From Mytilus trossulus (lineage: Eukaryota), in contig NC_086384.1 of the NCBI RefSeq assembly GCF_036588685.1, positions 19,282,001 through 19,346,000 on the forward strand: 64,000 nucleotides of DNA, read 5' to 3'. A model generated the notes under the pieces. The model saw nothing but the letters and a program-made list of their open reading frames with translations, was not told the origin of the DNA and did not search any database. Every line of letters starts with the position of its first letter. Positions within the stretch are counted from its first letter, which is position 1. Below, in pieces: positions 48,746 through 61,411 of the stretch. A program made the translations under genes and the position numbers.

Positions 48746-50791
48746 GTGAGTCACATTATTATTATTTATTTAATTAATTATTTCTGCATTAATTTTAATG
48801 GTTATTTTTTTTCAATATTTATTTAATATTGATAAGTGAAAAAGATAATTCAAAGTCAAATCTATATTTTGTCAACGTTAGTCTATTGAACTGCAAGAAA
48901 ATATTGTCTGCATTAATATGATATTTTTAATAGGTGTCAATTTTTACTGGTTAATTTTTGTTCTTGCAACATATTAAAATGGAGAGATTATGTATAGCTG
49001 TCATTAGTACAACTTTTTATTAAGACCAATTTGACAGATATGTGACTTTTTAATAAATTTCACATAATGTATCTCAAAAATTACGATTCTATATATATTC
49101 AAATTTCTAAGGGCAACTTTCAACTTCTTTCAACTAATATTTATTTGGAATAGAATCGAAAGTTACTTATTTGTTATTTAGTTATTTAGTTATTCATCTA
49201 TTTATTTATTTATTTAATAATTCATTTAAAGTAATATTATAACGTTATTTGAACTTGTCATCAGTGTACATGTCAGTATAGAGTAGTATTTGCCGAACAA
49301 GAGAAGACTTATCATTAGCGCATGTAGAAAAGTAAAAGTTTTAAAGACAAAGATGTACTTAAACATCAGTGTTATTTCTTGAAATGAACAAACAAACAAT
49401 ATATTGTACACTTAAAAATGATTTGTATTGTTCATATATTTGAACGAGCAAAAAATCACAAAGGTATGAGATAGACGGATATATTAGATAGATGGACAAA
49501 CATTTATTTCCATTCAGAGAACTCATGAAGTGCAATCAAATCACTACTTTCATATTTCAGTCATGACAGTGTTATTAGTATTTAATATACGCAAATAGTC
49601 CTTGAAATCTGATAAGAATGACGACCCCTAAAATGTGAAAATAGAAAATATTCGACTTATATACAACATTATCTGCAATCGAATTTAAAATACACAAATA
49701 TTAAAGAATTCTTGAGATAACGTTTACTCATTTATCAATAACCGTCTTGGCGGGCAAAACAAATAAATACATTTTGAAACTATCTAATTATATAATTTAT
49801 ATAGAATCTATAAAATTTACTAATTGAAATTTTCGACTTTGTTTTATTTTTATAAGTATATATATATTTGTTAAGGCGTACGTGACACAGACGCCGTGAC
49901 CTGACTCAGTGTGTCAGTCGTTAACCGAAATAGCATCCATACAATAATTACTGATATAAATGCACTATTGAACGCCTGAAGGTAAAGAGATGCAGTGAGA
50001 CGGAAATTCTATTTCGATTTTTTTCACATCGTATGATTAAATATAGCACAATTTAATCAAAGTTTCCTAAAATAGCGTAATCTGCAGCGCATTGATTGTT
50101 GAGGCGTACTTTGCAGACGTTCGTGTTGGAAAAGGGTCGACAGAACTTTTTGTCAAAAGAACTGGATGATTGACGCAAATATCTTATTGATTTGATAGCA
50201 GGGAATCAGCAACCGTATTCTTTGTCCTGAAATACTCCTGGCCTTGGAAGGAATGTTGATTCTCATTGGCTGATTGTTTCTCTATATAGACTGCACACTA
50301 ACTGGCGCGTGCAATGATCAGAAGATAGACAAACGACAGATGTCGATTCCTGTATTGATTTTTCAAAGTACATTAAATTGATATTGAATTAAGTATAAAT
50401 CATGCAAGGCAAATCGACCGCACGTTATTGCAATTAATCTCGTTTATATTTAACCAAAAAGAGGAATGAACTCGTAATAAGTATATCTGGAGCAGTAGGT
50501 CAAAGTCATAACTCAATTGTATCATAGGTCGATGGCGTTTATTGTTACAAATATACGCCACGTCAGCCTTGGGATAGATTATTCTTACATGATTAAATAT
50601 TATTTTAATTAAGTAGTTATAACACAATAGCTGTCGAGAAATTAGTCTGCACTGCAAAGTATGTACTACACGTACTTAGTTACTTGTGTTAAGGAATGTT
50701 ATAAAAACTTAAATCAAAAATAATTTAATGTTTGTTCACTTTGACATTTTATTAATTTAACTTGTTTTATTTTATAGATAAACGAGCAAAC

Positions 50792-51992
50792 ATGGATGAT
50801 GTCCATATCGACCGAGGTTCCATATGTGCCTGTCGTCCAGTGTCATATGACAATAGACTTCATGCTTTACTCAGCAGTCAAGAACGCACTTCATTTGGAC
50901 GATTTAATCATATTAACAGTGCACCAATGATGATTCCAAGAAGGATGGACTCTAATAATTATATACTGCCAGACGTTGATCAGAAACAGTCTAACACGTT
51001 ACAAAGTGTTCTGATGGGCGACATTCCACCGGCATATTCTCATCTTACTTCTAATCGATTATCGCCATACTCGACATCGCCGGTTCAGCGACATTCACCA
51101 AAACTTAAAGTTCCATCCCATTTCAATTCTTACTCCGTTCATCGAACAAGTCCGGTATCTCCGCATGACCATTCAAGGGGCGTTTCCCCATGTAGATCTC
51201 CATATTCATCTTCTCCTCGTTTGACGTCGTCGTCTCCGAGAATGACGTCACCACTTCAAGCCATGTCACCACCACATTCACTGTCATCGCCGAATATTCC
51301 ATCAAGTAGTCCACATTTACTGTCATCCAGTTTAGAATTACCACGATATAGTGGATTTTCCGTATCGCCGATGCCACCGTCACCGTTTTCTGATAGTTCC
51401 TTCCAAGACGAACCAATGGATCTCTCAAGAAGGTCCAAGTCAAAAGACTCTGATCTGAACATTGACGATTCGTCAAAAATTAAGAATGGCGATGTTTCAA
51501 TGCTGAGAAAACTTCTTTGTGTTGGCAAATCGTTAGGTGGTGTTGGAAGCTTTCATGATAGCGACACTGATGAATCTGACTCTGACTCTAGACATGCAAT
51601 TCATGTAACAGGAAATACTCGAGTAACTCTAGCCAAGAAAAACTTACTCCCAGTGGGTTCACGGGTATCTGATTGGTTAGTGAAAATAGTACAATTTGTT
51701 AAATCTGTACCGGAATTCCATTCTGTATCTCACAACGATAAAATAACACTGATTCTCAATTCCTGGACTAAAATAATGTTATTATATATGGCTGAGGACA
51801 ATTTTGAGTTTGTAGTGACACCCACGCATCATTCCAAACAAGATCTCGAGGAGTCGCAGGCGACTCCATCACCAGAGGAACCGACGATGAAATCTTCCGA
51901 AACTATTCAGACCTTTATTAGAAAGTTTCAAGCCATGAACCTTGACCAGAAAGAATATGCATTCCTAAGAATGGCTGTCCTGTTTAATAGTG
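50792..51992 (+). CDS. NR0B: NR0B-type (SHP/DAX1-like) nuclear receptor without DNA-binding domain, coding exon 1
   Basis: Acceptor ttttatag ends at 50777, ATG at 50792, donor G|GTAAGT at 51993. The N-terminal CAC...LHALLSS resembles SHP CPC...LYALLSS. LBD signature LVKIVQFVKSVPEFHSVSHNDKITLILNSW and helix 8/9 MNLDQKEYAFLRMAVLFNS are present. No C4 zinc fingers. Confidence 0.88.
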
Positions 51993-53763
51993 GTAAGTTA
52001 TCTTTTTCTGTTCTCGTAGTGTATTACATATTTTTTTGAAGATTTGATAGGAACTCTCACTGAGCATTCTTTTTATAATTCATTTTTAGACATTTTATAT
52101 AACTAAAAGAAAAGATGTGTTGTTTCAACAAAATGAAAAACGCAAATGTGTCACGTGATGATTGTACAAATGTTATACGATACAACATCAAGGTTCTATA
52201 ATTAATTTGTTTTATTATGGAAACTCTACATCTTGTATATTGTTCAGATCCAAAATATTGATTTAATGTAAGGTTGAACTTTCCATCAACTATTTCCATG
52301 TTAATTGCGCCTTTTTGCATGTCTGGCCTTGAATGATCGATTTGATGGACAAGCTCAATAAAATGTGCATTGCCGTTGACCTTAGAGAGTGTCATTTAGC
52401 GAACACAAGGTTGAGGTTTGAACAAAGACGTCGGATTTAACAAAGAGTAAAATGCCTGGGGGCAGGTGCTCGTCATCCGGGTCAGGCAGAGTTGGTCCGG
52501 TTATCGACCTCGATTTTAAGATTTCTTTTTCTTGGCAAAGTGCAAATTTTGTGCAATATATTTTAATGTATACAAATGCGTAGAAAAAAACGTCGATTAC
52601 GAAAAAAAATTCTGCTTGAATGAAAAAAAAAATAAAACATTCAAATTCTATTCTTAAACTTTATTGTTTTATGAATTAAACTAAATAATGTCGATTAGCT
52701 TACATTCAAATACCATATGGAGAGCTGTGACAAAATATCTATTAAAACATCATATCAATATGTGTGGGTTGTGACATAAAGAGATACATCAGTTCATATA
52801 GGGAATGTTCTATTTAAAACTTTCATTTACAAATCGCTACCTGTATTTGGGAACTAAATATACATATCTGTTGCGAAAAATAGATTTTATATTTCAATTT
52901 AAGTGATGATAATACACAGGATGTGGCTTAGTATTTCTACTTATAAGTACAACCCCAACGTGACTCAAATATAAATCATACTTCGTTACAGAACGCCCTT
53001 CAAAATGACATAAATCATACTTCGTCCTTGACGACCACCAAACTTTATAAGGCGATAACATTGAATTTGTAGGTCAAATTCTAAAAGTACGCCCTTGGAC
53101 GCATTTTCTTTTTTTAAATCGGATTTTGATATATTGCCAGTACATAAACTATTTTTATCTTAACTTGAATATTTGAAATGAAATATCGACCGTATATGTA
53201 AGATTTAATATAATGCCATTTTGTCTTTTAAATTCCACACTACATAGTCTGAACTGACAGCTTTTAATTTAAAATCAGTTTACGTATTTAAAAGACGTCA
53301 TACACATATATTTATATATGTTAAATACCATCCTCAATTAAACGTTCAAGGGAAAAGTTTAAATCTATTGAAGTTATAATTTCTTAAATGAATTAATTAC
53401 TTTTTTCACGGTCGACAATTTTATTTTAAATAAATAGTAAAGAGACGTTTTGTAAGTAAAAAGAAATTTAAAAGCAGAACCTGTTACCTGGTTTACAAAT
53501 GCACTCAGTATGACCCGTCCGTCCGATAAAAAAATCTGACGTTCATTCATGGTTCGATGTTTTGGCATCTAGCCAATCATGTGTTTATATGATTTGACCT
53601 GAAGTGGACGTTGACCTCATAAACAATTTGTTTGTTATGATGGCTAACCTGGTCAATCCCTCTTAAACGAATGTTAATATTTTGATCGATATCATTTGAT
53701 AATGTGTCATTGCTTGATTTTTGTCGAAAAAATATTTAATCTATCCTTTTTTTATCATTTCAG

Positions 53764-54005
53764 GATATGCCGGAATAGAACGACCAAGTGACGTAGAGCA
53801 AATCAATTCTTTAATACAACGTCTGCTGCAGGAGCACGTGCGAGTCTCGAGACCTAACGATCTTATGCACTATTCTAAACTGCTTCTTTGTCTGCCTTCC
53901 CTGTATGGAATCAATAGCAAAATGATTGAGAACTTGTTCTGTAAACATATCAATGGAAATATGGATATTGATGTTCTACTCAAAGAAATGTTGCAAAATT
54001 TGTGA
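53764..54005 (+). CDS. NR0B: NR0B-type nuclear receptor, last coding exon (LBD helices 9-12, AF-2)
   Basis: Acceptor tttcag ends at 53763. The phase-1 join G|GA is in frame with the previous exon (1201+242=1443 nt, 480 aa). Encodes YSKLLLCLPSL...IENLFC...DVLLKEML then TGA. The intron position after LFNx matches the single intron of vertebrate SHP/DAX1. Confidence 0.9.
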
Positions 54006-54683
54006 AACTTGCTTCATTTTACAGCATTATTTATTACCATTTGTGAAGGTGCTGTGCGCCATTTTTAAGTTGCCAATATATTGCCTCATTCCATTCATGT
54101 CAGAAATCCCTCCATTACATGGGAGTGACCAGTCAAAAAGTAAATAAACAAAAAACGGAATTTTAGCAATTATACCAAGCATTATCATTTTAAATTGTAT
54201 GAAATTCTTTTGTTTTTATTAATTCTATAGACGGCGGTCTTTTTTTTAATTCTCGGAGAAGATATTGATGGTCACTCTCAATCATTTCATTAAATATGCC
54301 ATTTTATATTTATTGAATGCATAAAACAATTCCGAGATATGTGGTGTGTTGAGGAGTGAGAGGGAATTTTGTGGCTGAATCTGTTCTTTAGAGAAAATGT
54401 AAAAATCCCAAGCATTAAGCAATAGTCTCATTTCTTTTAATTTAATTTAATTTAGTTTTTTGGCTATTATTTTTTTTAGCTGTAGAATCTTTGAAACAAC
54501 GAAACTCAGAACAGCATAGCTATTACTCTGTAAAGCCTTTTTTTAATATTCAGCGAATTATTTTTTGTGTAATTTTCATTACATTTAACTGAAAACGAAT
54601 AAATGAGTGTGGAAATACGTTGTATGGTGTGTGTAGGAATGAAGTGAGCTTTTGTAAAAATGTTGTGTAATATATATTTTGTC

Positions 54684-54745
54684 TATTTATTTATTTTGAT
54701 GCAAAATAAAACTGAAAATGTCAAAATAATTATTGTTTGTTTTAA
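54684..54745 (+). terminator. Likely NR0B polyadenylation region with an upstream AU-rich element
   Basis: TATTTATTTATT at 54684-54695, AATAAA at 54705-54710, and a downstream T/GT-rich tract. Alternative AATAAA near 54143 and 54598. Confidence 0.5.
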
Positions 54746-54924
54746 TTTTATGCAACGGATCGAATGTTGACCACCAGAAAAAAATGACATTTTTATACTT
54801 ACTATAAATTTTGTCCATCAAGCAATGAGCAATGTCTTAAAAATACTATTAGTTACATAGTGTGCTAGTGACCTTATATGGTATATATAGGGTCAGTATA
54901 TTCCATATGGGGTGAGAGCGAAAC

Positions 54925-55515
54925 ATTACAACTGAACGTTGAGCAAAAAATCAATCAATCAGTAGCCGAATCAATGAAAGTTAAGTAAGCAAAACTTATC
55001 AATTATTAAATAGCCTTACCACTGGACGTTAAGCAAACAACAAACAATCAACGAAAAAAAACTTACCACTGGACGTTTCATAATCAATCTATCAATCAGT
55101 CACCTGTAGTTGTTAATGTCTGCGCCATTTTGTTCTCTTGGGGACAGTTATCTCATTGGCAATCATACCACATCTTCTTTTTTTATATTTACCACTGGAC
55201 GTTAACAAACAGCAAACAATTAATCACTTATTTTCAGTAACCTTACCACTGGTCGTTAGGCAAACAAATAAAGCAAACAATCAGTAGCCGAACCACCGAA
55301 CGTAAAGCAAACAAAAACGTACCACCGAACGTAAAGAAAACAACCAAAAACATTGTCACTGGACGTTAAACCACCAACAGCAATCAATCAAAACATTAAC
55401 ACTGAACGTTAAGCAAAAAATAACAACTTACCACTGGATTTTTAAAAATCAACCAATAGATACAAAATTTGAGGGAAACAATTAACAATAAATCAATCAA
55501 AACTTTACCACTGGT
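54925..55515 (+). repeat. Degenerate minisatellite of accactggacgttaagcaaacaa(tcaa)n units
   Basis: About a dozen imperfect copies, interrupted at ~55083-55188 by another repeat tail. Confidence 0.75.
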
Positions 55516-57643
55516 AATAACATTTTACACTCAGCCTATTTTTAGAGAGTATCGTCCTATAAACAACATACAAGAAGAAAAAAAACTTGTGTTATATAGA
55601 CATGAATTCTATTTTTGGTTTTATAATCTACTTTAAAGTATACAAAGATGTTTATTTCTGGTGCACTAGGGTTATCAAGTTGTTGATATTTACTTCACAT
55701 TCTTCCTGATAAGACAGTCAGAGGAATATCCTTTATAAATGGAAGCCTGCATAATGATTTCATTTATATACTATTGGTAAACAACTATACAATTTTAACA
55801 ATAAAAACACAGGACAACATTTTGTTATTTTACTTTTAACAAAACAGAAATCTCGGTTAATGTTGTTCGTTACTTGGCTATTCTGGTATAGATGATGTGT
55901 AGAGAAATCGTATGTTTTATAGACTAGGAATATTAGAGATTGAGATGGGGTACCATGTTTATTAATTACATATCTTTTCATTTATAGACATAAATGATTT
56001 GCAATTTGCTACCGTCCCCTTTTATAACCAAAAAAAATGGCAACTTCGATTAACAAAAAAATCGATGTCCTTTTAGGTTCTTAGTTCTTTTTTAGTCCTT
56101 TTTGGTCCTTTTCGGTTCTTTTCTGTAAATCGTCGGACCCATTATTGATGGCTTATATTACTTTGGCCTTTAGATATATTTTGGTTATGTTCTTCTCCTT
56201 CCGAATACGGGAGTAGACTCCTAGGTAGGAGTGTAAAACTTCCCCGAACTCGTGTGCTATGTTTGGTACTGTCTCACTGAAGTATACCCTATACATTTAT
56301 TTCATGTAAATCTACCGTTTGTCACTTACATGTAACATATGATAACTTCCTAATTACAAACACTTGAAATAAAATTGAGAATGGAAATGAGAAATGTGTC
56401 AAAGAGACAACAACTAGAACAAAGCGAAGAAAATAGCCGAAGGCCACCCATTGGTCTTCTGACTGTTTATGCCGAAACTTAAAAGCTTCTAAAAAAAAGT
56501 AACTGGCTCAGTTTGTTAGTTTTTTTGATAAACGTATTCGACTTGAACAGTCACCTTGAATTCTATTAAACCAAAACAAGAACATTTAACATTTAAACTA
56601 GATTTCAGTAGTTGGAGACATAGTTGTAACCTAGGAAGCGATGTTCATTATAAAATGCATTTTCTTCTCTATTTATATAATTTTATTGTAAACCTTTCTT
56701 CCTTGTACTATTCGAGGTAAAAGGGTGAAGATTTAGTAACAACATTTGGAATTTCCTGCTGGTTCAAAGTTCCATTCATTTTTAGAGTACGTGTAGTGTG
56801 GATTTTTCCGTTTGCATATGCAGAAGTTCGGGTTAAAATCTTTTCTTGTTCAAATATTGATCAACAATTCGTGTTGATGCGAACAATTTATATATTTACA
56901 TATGTGGTATTGGCACTTGATCTCTGGACGCACTTTTTTATTTTGCTGGTGTAGTTATTCATGTTGCCAGTCGCGAAAAATGACTAAGGTTTTATTTAAA
57001 ATAGCCAGATTATTAATATTCTAACTAAATGAAATAAGATGTTAACGGAACAGTTACAAGTATGTGTGTATACTTTAACCCCAGCACGAACACATCACAT
57101 AATGACTAAATTTTCATGACATTGCAAATACGATTCGGGTTCGGTACGGACATGTACTTTATGTTGTGGCGGGCTAACCATTTAACTATGCAAACGAAGT
57201 GACCTTCTAGCGTACTTGTATATCCTTGTATACATGTCAAGAAATTTAAATTGCTCACAATGTAAATAATTTAGATATCTTTACTTATGTGCCACATATT
57301 TATATTTCCCGAAAGTAGATTAAACATGATATAGAAAGGGTTTTCAAATGTCGCCAAATTTTACATTGGTTCATGGGGTATAGAAAAATAACATTGCTAT
57401 CTCGAATTTTCAGATCCAACATTATGGCTCTTTGTTTCACGAAGATTATAATCCCGGATCTCTAAATTGATTAAAATGTAATGATTATATAAAGTTTTAG
57501 TATAATCATTTCGTACTTAAACAGATTCTAAAATCATACCGTAGACCACAAGGAAATATGTCTTGTGAACCCTCGATGCTTCCAGCTATGGTGTTTTTTT
57601 TTCGAAATACTTCTTATGGATTGATTAGTCAACGCCTTGTTAT

Positions 57644-57915
57644 TTTTTATGCCCCATTTATGGGCATTATGTTTTCCGGTATGAGCGTCTTTTCGTTCGT
57701 CGTACCGTTCATCTGTCCGTCTGTCCCGCTTTAGGTTAAAGTTTTTGGTCGAGGTAGTTTTTGATGAAGTTGAAATCAACTTGAAACTTAGTACACATGT
57801 TTCTTATCATATGATCTTTCTAATTTTAAGAGCCAAATTAGAGATTTATTCCATTTTTACGGTACAATGAACATAGAAACTGATATTGCGTGTACTTTGG
57901 ACACATTCTTGTTTT
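57644..57915 (+). mobile_element. Helentron-associated (HINE/DINE-1-like) non-autonomous element
   Basis: Starts in a T-run with atgccc-cattt-atgggcat inverted repeat, has an internal (GTCC/GTTC)n microsatellite and ends ...acacattcttgtttt. Confidence 0.65.
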
Positions 57916-59066
57916 TAATAAAAAAAAAAAAAAAAAAAAAAAAGAATGTTAAAATAAAATTATTTTGCGGTATATCATAATAAACACAATTGCTAAAACC
58001 ACAAAAAGGCAAATGTCTGGCTCTTACATTTTTTTTTAATTTGTGTAGAATACGATTAATTAATACATTGGGACAAAATTACTGTACTACTCAAATGTAT
58101 CCGGTCAAGGTGGAAAATAGTGACCCTGGACAATATGGTAATTTCAAATAATGAATTTATTTGAAACAAATTATCTTTGAATTTTCCTTGTAGGCGGTGA
58201 AAATGATATTACTCATTTTATAAATCGCCCACAAATATTTGTCAAAACATTTTTGTCAACACATCCTATACGAAGCAGGACTTTTGTATATCAAGGACTC
58301 GCACTTTACGTAGAACAGGTAAACGAATCTAATGATAAATTGTACAAATATACATTGAAGTCAACGGTTGTTGAAAAGTATGACAAATTTAAAGATAATA
58401 TACACATCTATATAAAGGTAGGTTAAAAAATAAACATAAACACGAAATACTGGAATCTCCCTTTACATATAAATTTACCTGAATATTTACCTGAAAGGCA
58501 CAAATACACGCAGTGTATATGGCCTCATCTTAAAAACCTACCTTCCTTAAACAAATACAAAATTTAACCAAAAAAATGTCAAAGAAAATTTGTATGTGTC
58601 AAGTTATCTGATGATGTATAGAGTTTTATTTTTGATTGTTGTCTATGAGAGATTAAGCGGGAAACGAAATCTGTACGTGAAACATGGATCCTTTTGTTGC
58701 CATTGATATGCGATACCAGCATCCATTATAGAAGACGTGTGGTTTACATGAAATCGACAACAACCAAACAAAGAAAACTCATGTAAGAAGTAAAAAATCT
58801 GGTTTATTTTTAATTGCTTACCCTATTTCAGCTAAAATGGTATTAAGGAACCAGTCAAATTTAAGGCAACATTATATATAGTCCAAAAATTTGGTCGTAT
58901 AGATTGGTGTTGAACGTCAATGCATGAATAAAATGATAAACACTAGGCAGAAAAAAGCTTAATATACGGAATGTTTTCAAACTTACAAGATCCAAAGGTA
59001 AAAAGTGAAAATCAAGAGCCAACTATTCTTTGCTCTTACTTAACAATGTCGCAACAGGCTGAATAC

Positions 59067-59187
59067 ACTTCATTTGGCCTTTTTAACTTTTTTGAATTGG
59101 AGCGTCACTTATGAGTCTTTTGTAGACGAAACGCGCGTCTGGCGTATATACTTAATTTAGTTGTGGTATCTATGATGAGTTTATTTT
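59067..59187 (+). mobile_element. Retrozyme 3' fragment; hammerhead with a single G5>U core change
   Basis: GCGTCA CTTATGA GTCTTTTGTAGAC GAAACGCGCGTC TGGCGT at 59102-59145, then ggtatctatgatgagtttattt. Confidence 0.82.
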
Positions 59188-59252
59188 CAAGTGTTTTTAT
59201 AGACACGGCTAGAGATGGAATCTACGACTTCTCGGGCTCTTGATAGGATGCT

Positions 59253-61411
59253 GCAACGAGACCACCGTCTAAAACAGCAGACAAGGTGCACTACAACGAG
59301 ACAAGTGTCTAAAACAGCAGGCAAGGTGCACTACAACGAGATCACAGTCTAAAACAGCTGACAAGGTGCACTACAACGAGACCACTGTCTAAAACAGCAG
59401 ACAATGTGCACTACAACGAGATCACTGTCTAAAACAGCAGACAAGGTGCACTTCAACGAGACCACTGTCTAAAACAGCAGACAAGGTGCACTACAACGAG
59501 ACCACTTTCTAAAACAGCAGACAAGGTGCACTACAACGAGGCCACTGTCTAAAACAGCAGACAAGGTGCACTACAACGAGACCACTGTCTAAAACAGCAG
59601 ACAAGGTGCACTACAACGAGACCACTGTCTAAAACAACTGACAAGGTACACTACAACGAGACCACTGTCTAAAACAGCAGACAAGGTGTACTACAACGAG
59701 ACCACTGTCTAAAACAGCAGACAAGGTGCACTACAACGAGATCACTGTTTAAAACAGCAGACAAGGTGCACTACAACGAGACCACTGTATAAAACAGCAG
59801 ACAAGGTGCACTACAACGAGATCACTGCCTAAAACAGCAGACAAGGTGCACTACAACGAGACCACTGTCTAAAACTGCAGACAAGGTGCACTACAACGAG
59901 ACCACTGTCTAAAACAGCAGATAATGTGCACTACAACGAGACCACTGTCTAAAACAGCAAACAAGGTGCACTACAACGAGACCACTGTCTTAAACAACTG
60001 ACAAGGTGCACTACAACGAGACCACTTTCTAAAACAGCAGAAAAGGTGCACTACAACGAAACCACTGTATAAAAGAGAGGACAAGGTGCACTACAACGAG
60101 ACCACTGTCTAAAACAATAGGCAAGGTGCACTACAACGAGATCATCGTCTAAAACAGCAGGCAAGGTGCACTACAACGAGACCACTGTCTAAAACAGCAG
60201 ACAAGGTGCACTACAACGAGACCACTTTCTAAAACAGCAGACAAGGTGCACTACAACGAGGCCACTGTCTAAAACAGCAGGCAATGTGCACTACAACGAG
60301 ATCACTGTCTAAAACAGCAGACAAGGTGCACTACAGCGAGACCACTGTCTAAAACTGCAGACAAGGTGCACTACAACGAGGCCACTGTCTTAAACAGGAG
60401 ACAAGGTGCACTACAACGAGACCACTGTCTAAAACAGCAGACAAGGTGCACTACAACGAGGCCACTGTTTAAAACAGCAGACAAGGTGCACTACAACGAG
60501 ACCACTGTCTAAAACAGCAGACAAGGTGCACTACAACGAGACCACTGTCTAAAACAGCAGACAAGGTGCATTACAACGAGACCACTGTCTAAAACTGCAG
60601 ACAAGGTGCACTGCAATGAGATCACTGTCTAAAACAGCAGACAATGTGCACTACAAGGAGGGCACTGTCTAAAACAGCAGACAAGGTGCACTACAACGAG
60701 ACCACTGTCTTAAACAACTGACAAGGTGCACTACAACGAGACCACTGTCTAAAACAGCAGACAAGGTGCACTACAACGAGACCACTTTCTAAAACAGCAG
60801 ACAAGGTGCATTACAACGAGGCCACTGTCTAAAACAGCAGACAAGGTGCACTACAACGAGGTTACTGTCTAAAACAGCAGACAAGGTGCACTACAACGAG
60901 ACCACTGTCTAAAACAGGAGACAAGGTGCACTACAACGAGACCACTGTCTAAAACAGCAGACAGGGTGCACTACAACGAGACCACTGTCTAAAACAGCAG
61001 ACAAGGTGCACTACAACGAGACCACTATCTAAAACAGGAGACAAGGTGCACTACAACGAGACCACTGTCTAAAACAGCAGACAAGGTGCACTACAACGAG
61101 ACCACTGTCTAAAACAGCAGACAAGGTGCACTACAACGATGCCACTGTCTAAAACAGCAGACAAGGTGCACTACAACGAGGCCACTGTTTAAAACAGCAG
61201 ACAAGGTGCACTACAACGAGGCCACTGTCTAAAACAGCAGACAAGGTGCACTACAACGAGACCACTGTCTAAAACAGCAGACAATGTGCACTACAACGAG
61301 ACCAGTCTAAAACAACTGACAAGGTGCACTACAACGAGACCACTGTCTAAAACAGCAGACAAGGTGCATTACAACGAGATCACTGTCTAAAACTGCAGAC
61401 AAAATGCACTA
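59253..61411. repeat. 40-bp tandem satellite, ~54 copies
   Basis: Consensus ACAAGGTGCACTACAACGAGACCACTGTCTAAAACAGCAG, head-to-tail, with no spacers. Confidence 0.98.

Noticed and set aside
48600-50790. Upstream zinc-finger DBD exon making this a conventional NR2-type receptor
   Set aside because: No C4 zinc-finger coding was found, the candidate first exon has an in-frame stop, and the N-terminus is SHP-like.
50762-52039. 425-aa single-exon protein as listed in the ORF track
   Set aside because: It starts in intron sequence before the 50777 acceptor and reads through the 51993 donor. The spliced 480-aa model completes the LBD.
59253-61411. CRISPR array or coding repeat
   Set aside because: Units are contiguous with no unique spacers, there are no cas genes, the context is eukaryotic, and the 40-bp unit puts stops in all frames.
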